NCBI GenBank assembly: GCA_028278345.1
Contig: JANQEL010000277.1
Location: 11,889-75,888, forward strand
Length of the DNA stretch: 64,000 nt
Direction of reading: 5' to 3'
DNA from: Myxococcota bacterium
Lineage (GTDB): Bacteria; Myxococcota_A; UBA9160; UBA4427
How positions within the stretch are numbered: position 1 is the first letter of the stretch; each line of letters starts with the position of its first letter. Both the position numbers and the translations under genes were made by a program. The notes below the pieces were generated by a model that was not told the DNA's origin, made no database searches, and saw only the letters and a program-made list of their open reading frames with translations. Below, in pieces: positions 26,001-35,348 of this stretch.

Positions 26001-26423
26001 CTACAGGCTTTGTCCTGGCGCCGATTGATATTGGTACTCGTACTCGAGCGTCGCGGACGGGAACGGTTCGTTCGCATCTTGCTCGTCGTCGAACGGCGAC
26101 TGGCGATAGTGAAAGCAGCCACCTTCAAACGCTGTCGCCATGCGGGAGCGAACCTCTTCGATCATCTCGTCGACGACGTCGACCCCCTCATCCCCACCAT
26201 CGGTCTTGCCGATCAGCGTGATTTCAACCGCCACGACCAGGTCGACCGAGTCCTTCGTCGTCTGATCGCCTTCGACCTCTCCCCCGACCCAGACGACTGC
26301 ACACGGGATCTCGCTCTCGGCCACATTCTCGGCGCGACTCGTGATCGGACCGCCAATCGCGCGAGGGAGTCCCGTGAGCCGGGCGAGGAGCTCCGACCGA
26401 ATCCGTTGACGCTTGCTCGGCAC
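26001..26423 (-). CDS. tail terminator protein (lambda gpU-like)
   Basis: Pattern IPCAVVWVGGE...VVAVEITL...EMIEEVRSRM...ATLEYEYQY parallels gpU. Synteny. Confidence 0.6.
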   Translation of the reverse strand: MPSKRQRIRSELLARLTGLPRAIGGPITSRAENVAESEIPCAVVWVGGEVEGDQTTKDSVDLVVAVEITLIGKTDGGDEGVDVVDEMIEEVRSRMATAFEGGCFHYRQSPFDDEQDANEPFPSATLEYEYQYQSAPGQSL

Positions 26424-26435
26424 GCCTGCCTCCGG

Positions 26436-26771
26436 TCAGTCGTTTAGGTGGAGATCGAACACGTGCATCCCCGTCCCGTCGGGCTTCGACGTGTGGATCT
26501 CGTACGTCGTGCCGTTCGCCTCGAGACCCCAACCCTTCTCGGCACCGCCCGTCTCGTGAGACGGAACGATCACCTGCGGGTTAGTTGAAGCGACGTCGAT
26601 GCCCGCGGCTTCCGCCTCGTGGTGGCCGTTCTCGAGGATCCCGCGCGGAAGGCGCTGCCCGCCCTGGCCGTCGTCGACCATGACGGGCGCGCCACCGCCC
26701 GGTGGAGTGATCGTGAGATCGACTCCGAAGTCGTCCATCAATGCCGATCGATCGGCATCAGACTCGATCAC
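26436..26771 (-). CDS. head-tail joining protein (lambda FII-like)
   Basis: 111 aa. Pattern ...RGIL.N......G..V.S.NP.V.V......G......YEI....PDGTGM..F.L matches the FII architecture. Synteny. Confidence 0.55.
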   Translation of the reverse strand: MIESDADRSALMDDFGVDLTITPPGGGAPVMVDDGQGGQRLPRGILENGHHEAEAAGIDVASTNPQVIVPSHETGGAEKGWGLEANGTTYEIHTSKPDGTGMHVFDLHLND

Positions 26772-26774
26772 GGA

Positions 26775-27149
26775 TCAGTCGGCCTGAAGCGCCGCCCAGG
26801 CCGCATCCCGCTCGGGTGCGGTGACCGGCGGTGCACTCGGGGCGAGCTTCACGACCTCGGCCTGCACCGCTTCGACGGTCGGACGACCGTCGCCCGTCAC
26901 GTTTGACGAGTCCTTGAGATCGACCTCGCCAATCGCTTCCTGGATGAGATCCAGGCGCTCGCCGCCGTCCTCGACATTCGAGTGCGCCGCGCCTTCGCCG
27001 GGCTCCCGAAGGAATCCGCGGTCGAAAAGTCGTTGCACCTCCCCCTCGTCGAGACCGAGGTCGTCGGTGTCGACGAGGGTGTCGCGTGCGACCTCACGGG
27101 GCTTGCGCTTCGTTCCGAGCTGAAGGGTGACACTCGTTACTGCTTCCAT
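26775..27149 (-). CDS. hypothetical head-associated protein (in the FI position)
   Basis: C-terminal GDGRPTVEAVQAEV...VTAPERDAAWA motif is common in phage head-module proteins. Position follows the major capsid gene. Confidence 0.45.
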   Translation of the reverse strand: MEAVTSVTLQLGTKRKPREVARDTLVDTDDLGLDEGEVQRLFDRGFLREPGEGAAHSNVEDGGERLDLIQEAIGEVDLKDSSNVTGDGRPTVEAVQAEVVKLAPSAPPVTAPERDAAWAALQAD

Positions 27150-27153
27150 GGGA

Positions 27154-28176
27154 TCACCTCACCGTCGCGCCGACCGAAGCGTCGGGACGTCCGGGCGCCA
27201 GAATCGGCGCGGACTGCGCCATCAGATACGTGCCCGCCGGGTCTTCCTCGTCCCACATCTTCGGGAAGAAGGGAAGCGCTCGATAGCCGGCCTTCTTGTC
27301 GCGAATGGCGCCGTAGTGCTGGCGACCTTCGAAACCGGACGACACGCCAAGCACGGCGTACTGCGGAAGCAGCTGAGTATCGACCTCGGTGACCGGATCC
27401 TCGTACCAGTCTTGGTAGGTCCAGAACCCGAAATTCCCGATCGACCCCTGGAACTGGGGTTCGGCGCGACCGGGGGGCGCGCTCTCGAGCGTCGCACTCG
27501 AACCGCGACGCGTATCGAGCAGGTTCTGGACCCGCGCGTCCTGCGAGAACAGATCGAACGCGTCGGGCTCCATCACCCACTCGGTGATCGCCGCGCCGCT
27601 GTTCTTCTGCGCAAGGAGCGACCATGTCTGCAGGTTCAGGTACGGGTCGACACCCGCCTCGCCCCATCGCGCCGCGCCCGCGAGCGCGATCGTCTGGGCC
27701 GCCGCGCGGAGGAAGTCGACGACGATGTCGTCGAACCCCTCGCCGGAAATCGTGACCTGACCCGTCAGCATGATCTGAACCGCCATCCACTCGAGCCGCC
27801 GGTCGATCATCTCCTGCTGGTCGACGAGAGTCATGGCCACCCAACGCGCCTCACGCTCTTCGGGAGAGAGATCCCCGAGAAGCGCTTCTCCGAGCGTGCG
27901 ATGATCGATCGCATTCTCGGGATCGAACGGCCGCTTGTCCTTGATGTAGGCCGGGGTGATCGTGTCCGTCTGGTGTCGCAACGTCTCGACGATCTTCCCC
28001 TGCGACTTCGGGCTGACGAACGGTGCCAGTCGACGCTTGCCCTTCTCGATGTCGATATGCACCTTGCTCTTGTCGCTCTGTCGGATCGCTCCGAAGTATC
28101 GTCGCGTCAAGAACGTCTGCGGAACCTTCAGGTTGCGGAAGATCTCGATCAGTTCCTCGGTCGAATACTGGTCCAT
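27154..28176 (-). CDS. major capsid protein, lambda gpE family
   Basis: 340 aa. N-terminus MDQYSTEELIEIFRNLKVPQTFLTRRYF...SKVHIDIEKGKRRLAPFVSP is typical of the Phage_cap_E family. Follows a gpD-like gene. Confidence 0.9.
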   Translation of the reverse strand: MDQYSTEELIEIFRNLKVPQTFLTRRYFGAIRQSDKSKVHIDIEKGKRRLAPFVSPKSQGKIVETLRHQTDTITPAYIKDKRPFDPENAIDHRTLGEALLGDLSPEEREARWVAMTLVDQQEMIDRRLEWMAVQIMLTGQVTISGEGFDDIVVDFLRAAAQTIALAGAARWGEAGVDPYLNLQTWSLLAQKNSGAAITEWVMEPDAFDLFSQDARVQNLLDTRRGSSATLESAPPGRAEPQFQGSIGNFGFWTYQDWYEDPVTEVDTQLLPQYAVLGVSSGFEGRQHYGAIRDKKAGYRALPFFPKMWDEEDPAGTYLMAQSAPILAPGRPDASVGATVR

Positions 28177-28202
28177 GGATTCTTACCTCCTCCAGGTCTC
28201 GG

Positions 28203-28580
28203 TTACGCCGAGACCGGCTTCTTCAGGTGGATGCCGACGGCGCGAAGCGCTTCGCGGCACTGGTCGACCGTGACCGTCCCGCCGGTACTCAGCTTTTCCT
28301 CGTTCAGATCCGCTTCGTCGTAGACGAGGACGTCGATGTCCCCGCCACTCGGATCGGCCGTCTCCTGCGCGAGAACCGCGCGCGACGTGGCCGCCGTGTG
28401 CGCACCCGTCTGGTGGACGCTGGCGTAGTTCGTTCCGTCGTAGCCGAGGATCGCACCGCGCGAGATCTCGCCCTGCGCCTGATTCTCGGTCAACGTGACC
28501 GTTCGGGTCTTCACCGGACCGCCGACGACCAGTTCGTCGAGGCCGGGGTCTTGCGTCTGCGTGTATTCGGGAGAGCTCAT
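28203..28580 (-). CDS. head decoration protein (lambda gpD-like)
   Basis: 125 aa. Position between the protease and capsid genes. gpD-like pattern (…GAILGYDG…AVLAQE…VLVYDEA…). Confidence 0.75.
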   Translation of the reverse strand: MSSPEYTQTQDPGLDELVVGGPVKTRTVTLTENQAQGEISRGAILGYDGTNYASVHQTGAHTAATSRAVLAQETADPSGGDIDVLVYDEADLNEEKLSTGGTVTVDQCREALRAVGIHLKKPVSA

Positions 28581-28583
28581 GAC

Positions 28584-29921
28584 TCACTCCTTTCCGGCGT
28601 CGACCGCAACTCCGGCCGCACGCGCCTGTTCGATCGCCCGGGCGACCCTCGCCTCGGACTCGCTCGGGGCTTCGCCACCGCCCGGCTTGGGCGGATCCGT
28701 TTCCTTCCCGTCTTCCTTGAAGGCATCGAGGCGGCCCTTGTTCTCGGCCTTCGTCGCTTCGAAGAGACGCCCCTTCGCGGCTTCGACCGTGACCTTGGGG
28801 TCGGCAACGAGTTCGGCGACGAGCTCGTCGAGGCCGGTGTCGGCGCCGGCTTCCTCGATCCCGAGGATTCGCTCGCGCTCGGACTCAGCGCCCTTCGTCT
28901 GGTTCTCGGCGGCGAGCTGCTCGAGGTCGGGCATCTCTGCCTTCGCCTTCTCGACGGCCTTCTTCGCCGCGGCCTCACCGATCGCTGCCACGACCTTCGG
29001 GCAGTGCTCGGCCAGCAGTTCGACGGTGATGTCGTCGGTATTGACCTGCATCGTGTTCTCCTTTGCCCCGCCCGCGGCGAGTGGTGGAAACGCGGGCGCA
29101 CTCGCGCCTGCGCTTGAAATCGTCTGCTCGAGCGTCCCGAGCTCGTCGGCCATCCCTGCGGCGATCGCGTCTTCGCCGACGCGGATCCAGCCTTGGCCGA
29201 AGTCGCTCACGACGGTCTCGGCGGAAACTCCGCGGCCGCGAGCGACGTCCGCGATGAAGACCTCGGCCATCGCGTCGACCATCTCCTGAATTCGGGCGCG
29301 CCCTTCGTCCGTCGAGGCGTCCGTATCCTTCCCCGGCGATTGGCTCGAGACGATCGTGATCTCCTCGATCCCCATCGCTTCGTCCATCTTCGAGAAGTCG
29401 AACGTGGTGAAGAGAATCCCAATCGAACCGAGCACCGACGTCCGCGTCGCCACGATTCGCGAGGCCGACGATGCGAGCCAGTACCCCGCACTCGCAGCAC
29501 GACCGGGCACGAACGCCATCACCGGCTTCACCGACCGAGCTTCGAAGATCGAAGCCGACAGGGCCTCGCAGCCCGCGACCTCGCCGCCCGGGCTGTCAAC
29601 CACGAGCATGATTCCTTCGACCTGGCCGTCATCGAGCGCCATCGCGAGCTGCCCGCCGATCCACTCGTACGAGGCGCGGTCGCCCGACCAGTACGAGAAC
29701 TGCGTGAGCCCACCCACCACGGGAATTACCGCGACCCCGTCCACGACATAGAGGTCGTCGAGGGTGGCGCGGCTACCGAGTGGGGCTCGGGCAACGAGCG
29801 CATCTTCTGGCGCGCCCTTGAACCGAAACAGATCGTTGTGGCTCTTCACCGCGAGCAGTGCATCGCGGTAGCCGTCTTCCGTGATCGCCCACGGTTGCGT
29901 CAGGAGCTGCGAGAGCGTCAC
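28584..29921 (-). CDS. S49-family head maturation protease/scaffold (lambda gpC-like)
   Basis: ClpP/SppA-type core (IMLVVDSPGGEVAGC...AASAGYWLASSA) followed by a charged coiled-coil C-terminal scaffold-like region. Confidence 0.9.
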   Translation of the reverse strand: MTLSQLLTQPWAITEDGYRDALLAVKSHNDLFRFKGAPEDALVARAPLGSRATLDDLYVVDGVAVIPVVGGLTQFSYWSGDRASYEWIGGQLAMALDDGQVEGIMLVVDSPGGEVAGCEALSASIFEARSVKPVMAFVPGRAASAGYWLASSASRIVATRTSVLGSIGILFTTFDFSKMDEAMGIEEITIVSSQSPGKDTDASTDEGRARIQEMVDAMAEVFIADVARGRGVSAETVVSDFGQGWIRVGEDAIAAGMADELGTLEQTISSAGASAPAFPPLAAGGAKENTMQVNTDDITVELLAEHCPKVVAAIGEAAAKKAVEKAKAEMPDLEQLAAENQTKGAESERERILGIEEAGADTGLDELVAELVADPKVTVEAAKGRLFEATKAENKGRLDAFKEDGKETDPPKPGGGEAPSESEARVARAIEQARAAGVAVDAGKE

Positions 29922-31564
29922 TCGTCGTCTCCTTCACCGTTCGCATCGTCATCGTGGCGATCGGCACTATCGTCAGGATCGTCGGGGTCATCCGGATCGT
30001 CGCCAGGTGGCGAGGGGGCGGGCGTCGAATCACCAAGTGCCTCGCGCGTCGCCTTGTCGCGAACACGACTCGCAACCACCCCGTCGTAGTCTCGACCGCG
30101 AAGCTCGGCCGTCGCTTCGGTCTCGCTGATGATTCCCATATCGAGCATCTTGTCGACCGCCGCGATCTCCTTGTCGGGATTGATCTGCCCTTGGCTGGGG
30201 CCGGTCCATGTCGCACCCAGGTACGCAGCACGGATGAGCGGATCTCGAAAGAATCCCGGCGCCGAGAGCAACCCTCGCGCCACGGACTCGGCGATCGCCC
30301 ACTCATAGACCGGGTCGCAGAAGTCGCTGCCCAACCACTGCCGACGCTTCAGGAAGAACCGCCACGCTTCGCCGAGTGCTCCCTTGGCCGCACTGAAGCT
30401 TGAGGAGAAGAGCTTCTTCATGACCTCGGGTGGCATCTCGAGCGCGATCGCGATCTGCGTGATGATCGAGTCGACGAACGGGTCGAACTTGTCGTTTGGT
30501 CGAGCCGGATTCGCGGTCTCGATCGACTCGCCCTCGGCCAGGTCGAACACACCGGCGGGCGCGAGTTCGAGGTCACGCGTCTCACTGTCGACCGTTCCGT
30601 CATCGGTGGCAGTCGAACTCACCGTCGCGTTCGCGAGTCCCATCTCGCCGGTCTCGGTCTTCACAAAGACGGTGAAGAACGATGAAATCACGGCAGCGGC
30701 GAGCTCGGCTTCCGTGTATCGCTCGAGCTGCTTCAGTGCTTCGATGACCGGCGCGAGATACGGGATACCGCGCGTCTGGTCCGGACGCGTTCGAGAAAAG
30801 ACGTGAAGCGCCATGCGCTCGCCCGACTTCGCACCGTAGGCACGAACGCTGGTGAAATCGTCCTCAGAGGGCGTAACTATTCCGAGTCGATCGCGCGTGC
30901 GATTGTCGATGAAGTACCTGAGCGGCGCACCGCTGGGTTGCTTCTGAACGCCCTCCACGACGAGCGGGTCCGAAGTCTGGCTGGGCGGCGTGCAGATACG
31001 GTCCGCCTCGACGAACTGCAGCTTGAGCCCGAGCAGATCACCTCGGTTCTGCACGAATCGACGAACGACGAGAACGTCGCCGCTCTCGAGAGCCGATCGC
31101 AGGACCAGGTCCTGCATCTGGAAGAAGTTCTGTTGGCGCGTGATGTCGAGTTGACGCGAGGCGATCCGCCAGATCCGCTCCGCCTTCCGCTCCCACTCTT
31201 GCGCCTGCTCGTCCGAGAGCCCGAGGAACTCTCGATCGATCGTCGACCTCAGCTGGAGGCCCGTACCGACGACGGACGTAACCACGGTTCCGACCGCACT
31301 CGCCGCAATCGGTGCATTGCGGACGAGATCTCTCGAGCGACCACGAAGTGCCTTCAGATCCGGGATCGAATCTGCGTCGGCTGAACGTGCGAGCGGGTTC
31401 CAGTTTCGAAGCGATCGTTTCGAAGAACGGGCGCCGTTGTGCGACCCACCACCGCCGATCAGGCCTGCATATGCGTCGAGAGCCGCTCGAGCTCTTACCC
31501 GCTTCAGGGCTCGAGTCGGCGACACCGTCGCGATCATGCGATCGATCCGTGTGGGGCCCTTCAC
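29918..31564 (-). CDS. portal protein, lambda gpB family
   Basis: 548 aa. Position between gpW and the protease. Lambda-family portal features and an acidic C-terminal tail. Confidence 0.9.
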   Translation of the reverse strand: MKGPTRIDRMIATVSPTRALKRVRARAALDAYAGLIGGGGSHNGARSSKRSLRNWNPLARSADADSIPDLKALRGRSRDLVRNAPIAASAVGTVVTSVVGTGLQLRSTIDREFLGLSDEQAQEWERKAERIWRIASRQLDITRQQNFFQMQDLVLRSALESGDVLVVRRFVQNRGDLLGLKLQFVEADRICTPPSQTSDPLVVEGVQKQPSGAPLRYFIDNRTRDRLGIVTPSEDDFTSVRAYGAKSGERMALHVFSRTRPDQTRGIPYLAPVIEALKQLERYTEAELAAAVISSFFTVFVKTETGEMGLANATVSSTATDDGTVDSETRDLELAPAGVFDLAEGESIETANPARPNDKFDPFVDSIITQIAIALEMPPEVMKKLFSSSFSAAKGALGEAWRFFLKRRQWLGSDFCDPVYEWAIAESVARGLLSAPGFFRDPLIRAAYLGATWTGPSQGQINPDKEIAAVDKMLDMGIISETEATAELRGRDYDGVVASRVRDKATREALGDSTPAPSPPGDDPDDPDDPDDSADRHDDDANGEGDDE

Positions 31565-31776
31565 GAAACGGGCGTTCCGTATCGGCTGCGGATGCCACCG
31601 CGAGCTTCTTTGGCGACCATCTTCCGCAGAAACTTCTCACGGGCGTAGTAGTGAGTGAGGTTTCCCAGCGTGACTTGGCGCGCACCCGTAGGCGTCTGGA
31701 TTTCGTACGCCTGCGCGCCGGCTTCGATCTTGGCGAGCGCGGCCTGCACACTGTCGAGCTGCTCTTGATACGTCAC
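31561..31776 (-). CDS. head-to-tail joining protein (lambda gpW-like)
   Basis: 71 aa from a GTG that forms a GTGA overlap with the terminase stop. Sequence VTYQEQLDSVQAALAKIEAGAQAYEI...R.VT..NL... fits the gpW family. Confidence 0.65.
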   Translation of the reverse strand: MTYQEQLDSVQAALAKIEAGAQAYEIQTPTGARQVTLGNLTHYYAREKFLRKMVAKEARGGIRSRYGTPVS

Positions 31777-33743
31777 GCCTCGTACCCTCTCGATCTCGTC
31801 TGGCGTCGGCGAGTGCCGCGCTTGACCGGCTTCGTGGCCGCGACCACTTGCGCATCGCCGGCGGTCGGGATCGGACGTGGGACCAGCGTCGCGATCTTCA
31901 GTGCCTCGGCCTCGAGATCCAGGTCGAAGGGATCGCTCTGAATACCCTCGAGCACCGCGATTCCGTACACGGCCAGGTCGAGCGGCTCCGTTGGTTCGTG
32001 CTTTCGCTTCGGGCGCCAAACCGAATAGGGCTTACCGACGTGGTATCGGATCTCGCGAGTTTCCGAGACCAATCCCTTGAAGAAGTCCCGGTCTCTGTCG
32101 TGCGGGAAGTGGTAGTAGCCCGGGCCCGGCTCCGTGATTCGGAGCCTCGAGTGAAGTCGATCCTTGCAAGCGTCGACGCCGATCGTGAAGAAGTTGTGCC
32201 TCGGAAGAACCTTTGACTCACTGATCTTGTCAGGCCAGATCGGCCGACGGAGCCCGCTGGCTTCACTGCGCCCCTTGAGTGCGAAGACAAACTGCGACCT
32301 TCCGTCGGGTAGCGGGCGACGAAATCGCGGCTTGCAGTACTTGTAGATCGTCTGCGTAGCGTGACCGCCCGAGTCGATCCCGGCAGCCCGGACGTAGAGC
32401 TGAATTCCCTTGGCGTGCCAGAACGGTCGATCGAGAATCGCGTCGAGATCTTTCAGGACGTTGGGATCACCATCGACGTCGCCAAAGATCCGACCGTATT
32501 CGATCGACCATCGTTCCTGTCCGGAGCCCCATCCCTGAACCTCGTACTCGACGCGCGGTGGTTGCCGCTGTACGTCTGCCGACAGAGTGAGGAACGCCAC
32601 ACCCTCGGGCAGTTCGGCGCCCTTCGGCAAGCCCAGAGTCCAGTCGTACCGACGTTCGTAGAGATCGTCGTCCGGAATGGACTCGCCGTCTTCCGCCCAC
32701 GTCTCGGCCAGGTCCGTGTTTACAAACGTCTGCAGATCGTGGTTGCGCTTTGCACGAAGGAAGTTCGATGCGAGTTCCGCGAACGTCGTCCACGGGCTGT
32801 AGATTGCGTTCAGGTGGAAGCCGGCGTGACCCTTGAACGGCTTCTCGGCGATCCACTCTCCACCGCGAAGCATCGCCATCTTGTGACGGTCTTCGATGCG
32901 GAAGCCGCATCCCTCGCACTCGTAGTGAGCCGTCGACGGATCGTGCTCCCCCTCCCCGTCCTGTTCCCACTTGACTTGCTTCCAGACCAGCTTCTGCATG
33001 AGGCCGCAGTCTGGACAGGGAACGAAGTAGTACCGCTTGTCCGAATCCTCGAACGCAGCTTCGATCCGGCTCTGACCCTTGATCGTCGGCGTGCTGGTTC
33101 GAACCCGTTTCTTCTTCGGGAACGTCCGTGCGCGACGCCACAGGAGCTCGCCTGGGTCACCTTCAGGCCCTGGCTTGATTCCGTCGCACTCGTCTTCGAT
33201 GACGATCGGCGCGGACCGGCCGCGCGTCTGACGCGGCGCGTTTCCTGCGATCGCGAGGACGAAGCCACCGGCGTACTCCTTCCGGAGAATCGTGCTCGAC
33301 TTGTCGCGAGAGCGCGGCGGAGCCACCTTCTCTGCCAGGCAAGGGCTCTCCGCGATCATTGGCTCGAGCTTCTGCCTCGACCAGTCGCGCGCATCGTCCT
33401 GCGTGGGGTGCATGAAGATCACGGCTTGCGGGTCGTGATCAATCACGTAGCCGAGAATGTTCCCCTCGACGCCGTCGGTCTTTCCGCTCTGTGCGCCCCA
33501 CATGAGCGTGAGCTCAACGACGGACGGGTCAGCGAACACGTCCTGCGGTTCGCGTTGGTACGGTGCCCTGTCGACGCGGTACGGGCCGGCGGCCGCGGTC
33601 TTCGAACTGAGCATTCGATTTCGCTCGGCCCACTCGGTAACCGTGAGACGATCCGGCGGCTTGAGTTCACGGACCGCGCTCCGGACGCCCCTGAGAAACG
33701 CGGCTAGGCCAAGCTCGTCATCCTTCGGTCTCGTCGTCTCCAT
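31773..33743 (-). CDS. terminase large subunit (lambda gpA family)
   Basis: About 656 aa. Walker A-like MWGAQSGKTDG. Zinc-ribbon CPDCG...CEGCG. gpA-family architecture. Start chosen at METTRPK. Confidence 0.9.
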   Translation of the reverse strand: METTRPKDDELGLAAFLRGVRSAVRELKPPDRLTVTEWAERNRMLSSKTAAAGPYRVDRAPYQREPQDVFADPSVVELTLMWGAQSGKTDGVEGNILGYVIDHDPQAVIFMHPTQDDARDWSRQKLEPMIAESPCLAEKVAPPRSRDKSSTILRKEYAGGFVLAIAGNAPRQTRGRSAPIVIEDECDGIKPGPEGDPGELLWRRARTFPKKKRVRTSTPTIKGQSRIEAAFEDSDKRYYFVPCPDCGLMQKLVWKQVKWEQDGEGEHDPSTAHYECEGCGFRIEDRHKMAMLRGGEWIAEKPFKGHAGFHLNAIYSPWTTFAELASNFLRAKRNHDLQTFVNTDLAETWAEDGESIPDDDLYERRYDWTLGLPKGAELPEGVAFLTLSADVQRQPPRVEYEVQGWGSGQERWSIEYGRIFGDVDGDPNVLKDLDAILDRPFWHAKGIQLYVRAAGIDSGGHATQTIYKYCKPRFRRPLPDGRSQFVFALKGRSEASGLRRPIWPDKISESKVLPRHNFFTIGVDACKDRLHSRLRITEPGPGYYHFPHDRDRDFFKGLVSETREIRYHVGKPYSVWRPKRKHEPTEPLDLAVYGIAVLEGIQSDPFDLDLEAEALKIATLVPRPIPTAGDAQVVAATKPVKRGTRRRQTRSRGYEA

Positions 33744-34236
33744 CAGAATCGGTCGGGTCGTATGTGGCGAGCACCGCCAGCGCCCCATCAACCTCCGACT
33801 CGATCGTGGATTCGATCTTCAGCGCGTCCTCTTCACCGACCAGCATCGGCGCGACACGCGCACCGATGCCCCGCATCTGCTGACGAATCGTGACAGCGAG
33901 ATCGGTCACGATTCGCACCGAGTCCTCGACGGAGACAACCTCCATCCGCTTCTCGGCGAGCTCGATCTCTCGGAGCGCCGCGCGCGCTCGAAGCTCGCGA
34001 GCCTCGGCTTCGGCCGTCGATACGTCGGCGGTGTCACCGACCACCTTGGCCACGTCGCGCTGACGGACCCAGCCGATCACCGCGGCGGTGTCGATCTGCC
34101 AAGGGACGCCCTTTCGTCCAGGCGACTCGATCGGCATGCCCTCGCGAATCCAGGCAGACACCGTTGGCAGGCTGACGCCGAGGATCGTCGCGAGTTCGGA
34201 CCGGTTTACGATGCGACCCACGAGAGTCCCCGGCAT
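33718..34236 (-). CDS. terminase small subunit (Nu1-like, N-terminal wHTH)
   Basis: NRSELATILGVSLPTVSAWIREGMP...G..W.ID matches the Nu1 N-terminal DNA-binding motif. Lies directly upstream of gpA. Confidence 0.75.
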   Translation of the reverse strand: MPGTLVGRIVNRSELATILGVSLPTVSAWIREGMPIESPGRKGVPWQIDTAAVIGWVRQRDVAKVVGDTADVSTAEAEARELRARAALREIELAEKRMEVVSVEDSVRIVTDLAVTIRQQMRGIGARVAPMLVGEEDALKIESTIESEVDGALAVLATYDPTDSDGDDETEG

Positions 34237-34373
34237 GAAAACAGAAAACGCCCAAGAGTGGGGCAATCGCTACACGAATTCGGCGGCTCCGCGTCACCCG
34301 CAACGCTCTGGTTGCTCAGGAGGACCCGAGAGATGCAAGTTGTCGCTTCTAGACCGTCTTGCATGCCCTGGGG

Positions 34374-34916
34374 TCACCGACGCAGTTCGGCGCCGAGCCG
34401 ACGCACGAGCTCTTTCTGCAGGCTGCGACTCGCGAACTTGAGGATGCGTTGCGTCTGGCCCTGGTCGTTCAGGACCTGGAGCACGCTCGGCCCGAAGCGC
34501 TCGCGGATGGGCAACCGGTTGTCGCCCTTGCGGCGAAACACGCCGACGTGACCGGACCGCATGGTCGCGACGAAGTGACCGCCGACGAGCTTGCGACCAC
34601 CGCTCTTCTTCACGCGAACCGTGACGCCCTTCCGAGTCTGTTTCGCTCCGTAGCGATGAAGCGGAATGGGCTTGTTGAGGATCTCGACCGCGCCGGCCAG
34701 TTGTCCCCGAACAGCACGACGCCCCACGATGGCAGCGTTTACGTCCCGGGCCTTGAGGGCGACCTCTTCCTGGACCTGGCGGCGGGCTTGCGTGCGCGTC
34801 TGGGCGACTGCCCGGTTCACCGAATTGCGCACGACCTGAATGCGCTTCTTCGAAGTGAGGGCCTTGAGCTGCTTCTCGACGTCCGTGGTGTCGATGTGGG
34901 ACGTAATCCGCATCAC
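34374..34916 (-). CDS. minor tail protein Z (lambda gpZ)-like
   Basis: Colinear similarity to gpZ (NRAVAQTRTQARRQV..., GHFVATMRSGHVGVFRRKGDNRLPI, LQKELVRRLGAEL). Confidence 0.75.
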   Translation of the reverse strand: MMRITSHIDTTDVEKQLKALTSKKRIQVVRNSVNRAVAQTRTQARRQVQEEVALKARDVNAAIVGRRAVRGQLAGAVEILNKPIPLHRYGAKQTRKGVTVRVKKSGGRKLVGGHFVATMRSGHVGVFRRKGDNRLPIRERFGPSVLQVLNDQGQTQRILKFASRSLQKELVRRLGAELRR

Positions 34917-35078
34917 CGTCTCCCGTGCGCCGACAGGTTGGGGGCTGCTCTAACGCATGGTCGTCTTCCGGCCGTTCGCAATGCGCAGCTTTGACTGGTT
35001 ACGACTTCTGCCGGATTCTCGGAGAGCTGTCAAATCGAGCCAGAGATCGTTCCGTGTGAAACGTAGCTGTGTCGAGTC

Positions 35079-35348
35079 TCACGACGCACCGCCGTGTTGG
35101 TTAGTGTTGTTTGTTGTTGGTCCGTGTTGTTTGTTGTTGGTTTCTGAATCGCCCGCATCCCGCTGCAGATTCTTGAACCGTTTCGCATCTCCGAGGTCGA
35201 CGTAGTGGCGGCCGCCAAGCGTGTACGACTTCGGCACCTTGCCCTCTCGAAGCCACTTCCTTGCCGTCCACTCGGCGACTCCCATGAACTCAGCGAACTC
35301 CTTCGTGCCGAGCGGCCGATCGTTTTCGCTCACCATGTCTTCCCCCAT
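35079..35348 (-). CDS. excisionase-family helix-turn-helix DNA-binding protein
   Basis: LGTKEFAEFMGVAEWTARKWLREGKVP...GGRHYVDL fits the HTH_17/MerR-like pattern. The low-complexity Asn/Thr/Gln tail is encoded by a tandem repeat. Confidence 0.65.
   Translation of the reverse strand: MGEDMVSENDRPLGTKEFAEFMGVAEWTARKWLREGKVPKSYTLGGRHYVDLGDAKRFKNLQRDAGDSETNNKQHGPTTNNTNQHGGAS
35104..35140. repeat. GT-rich tandem direct repeat (2 x 17 nt with a 20-nt period) inside the 3-prime end of the CDS
   Basis: gtgttgtttgttgttgg occurs at 35104-35120 and 35124-35140. A related ccgtgttgg lies at 35092-35100. Confidence 0.7.

Noticed and set aside
27127-29289. Plus-strand ORFs 27127..28323, 28023..29117 and 28495..29264 over the capsid, decoration and protease genes
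   Set aside because: They are antisense to genes with strong family signatures (gpE, gpD, S49).
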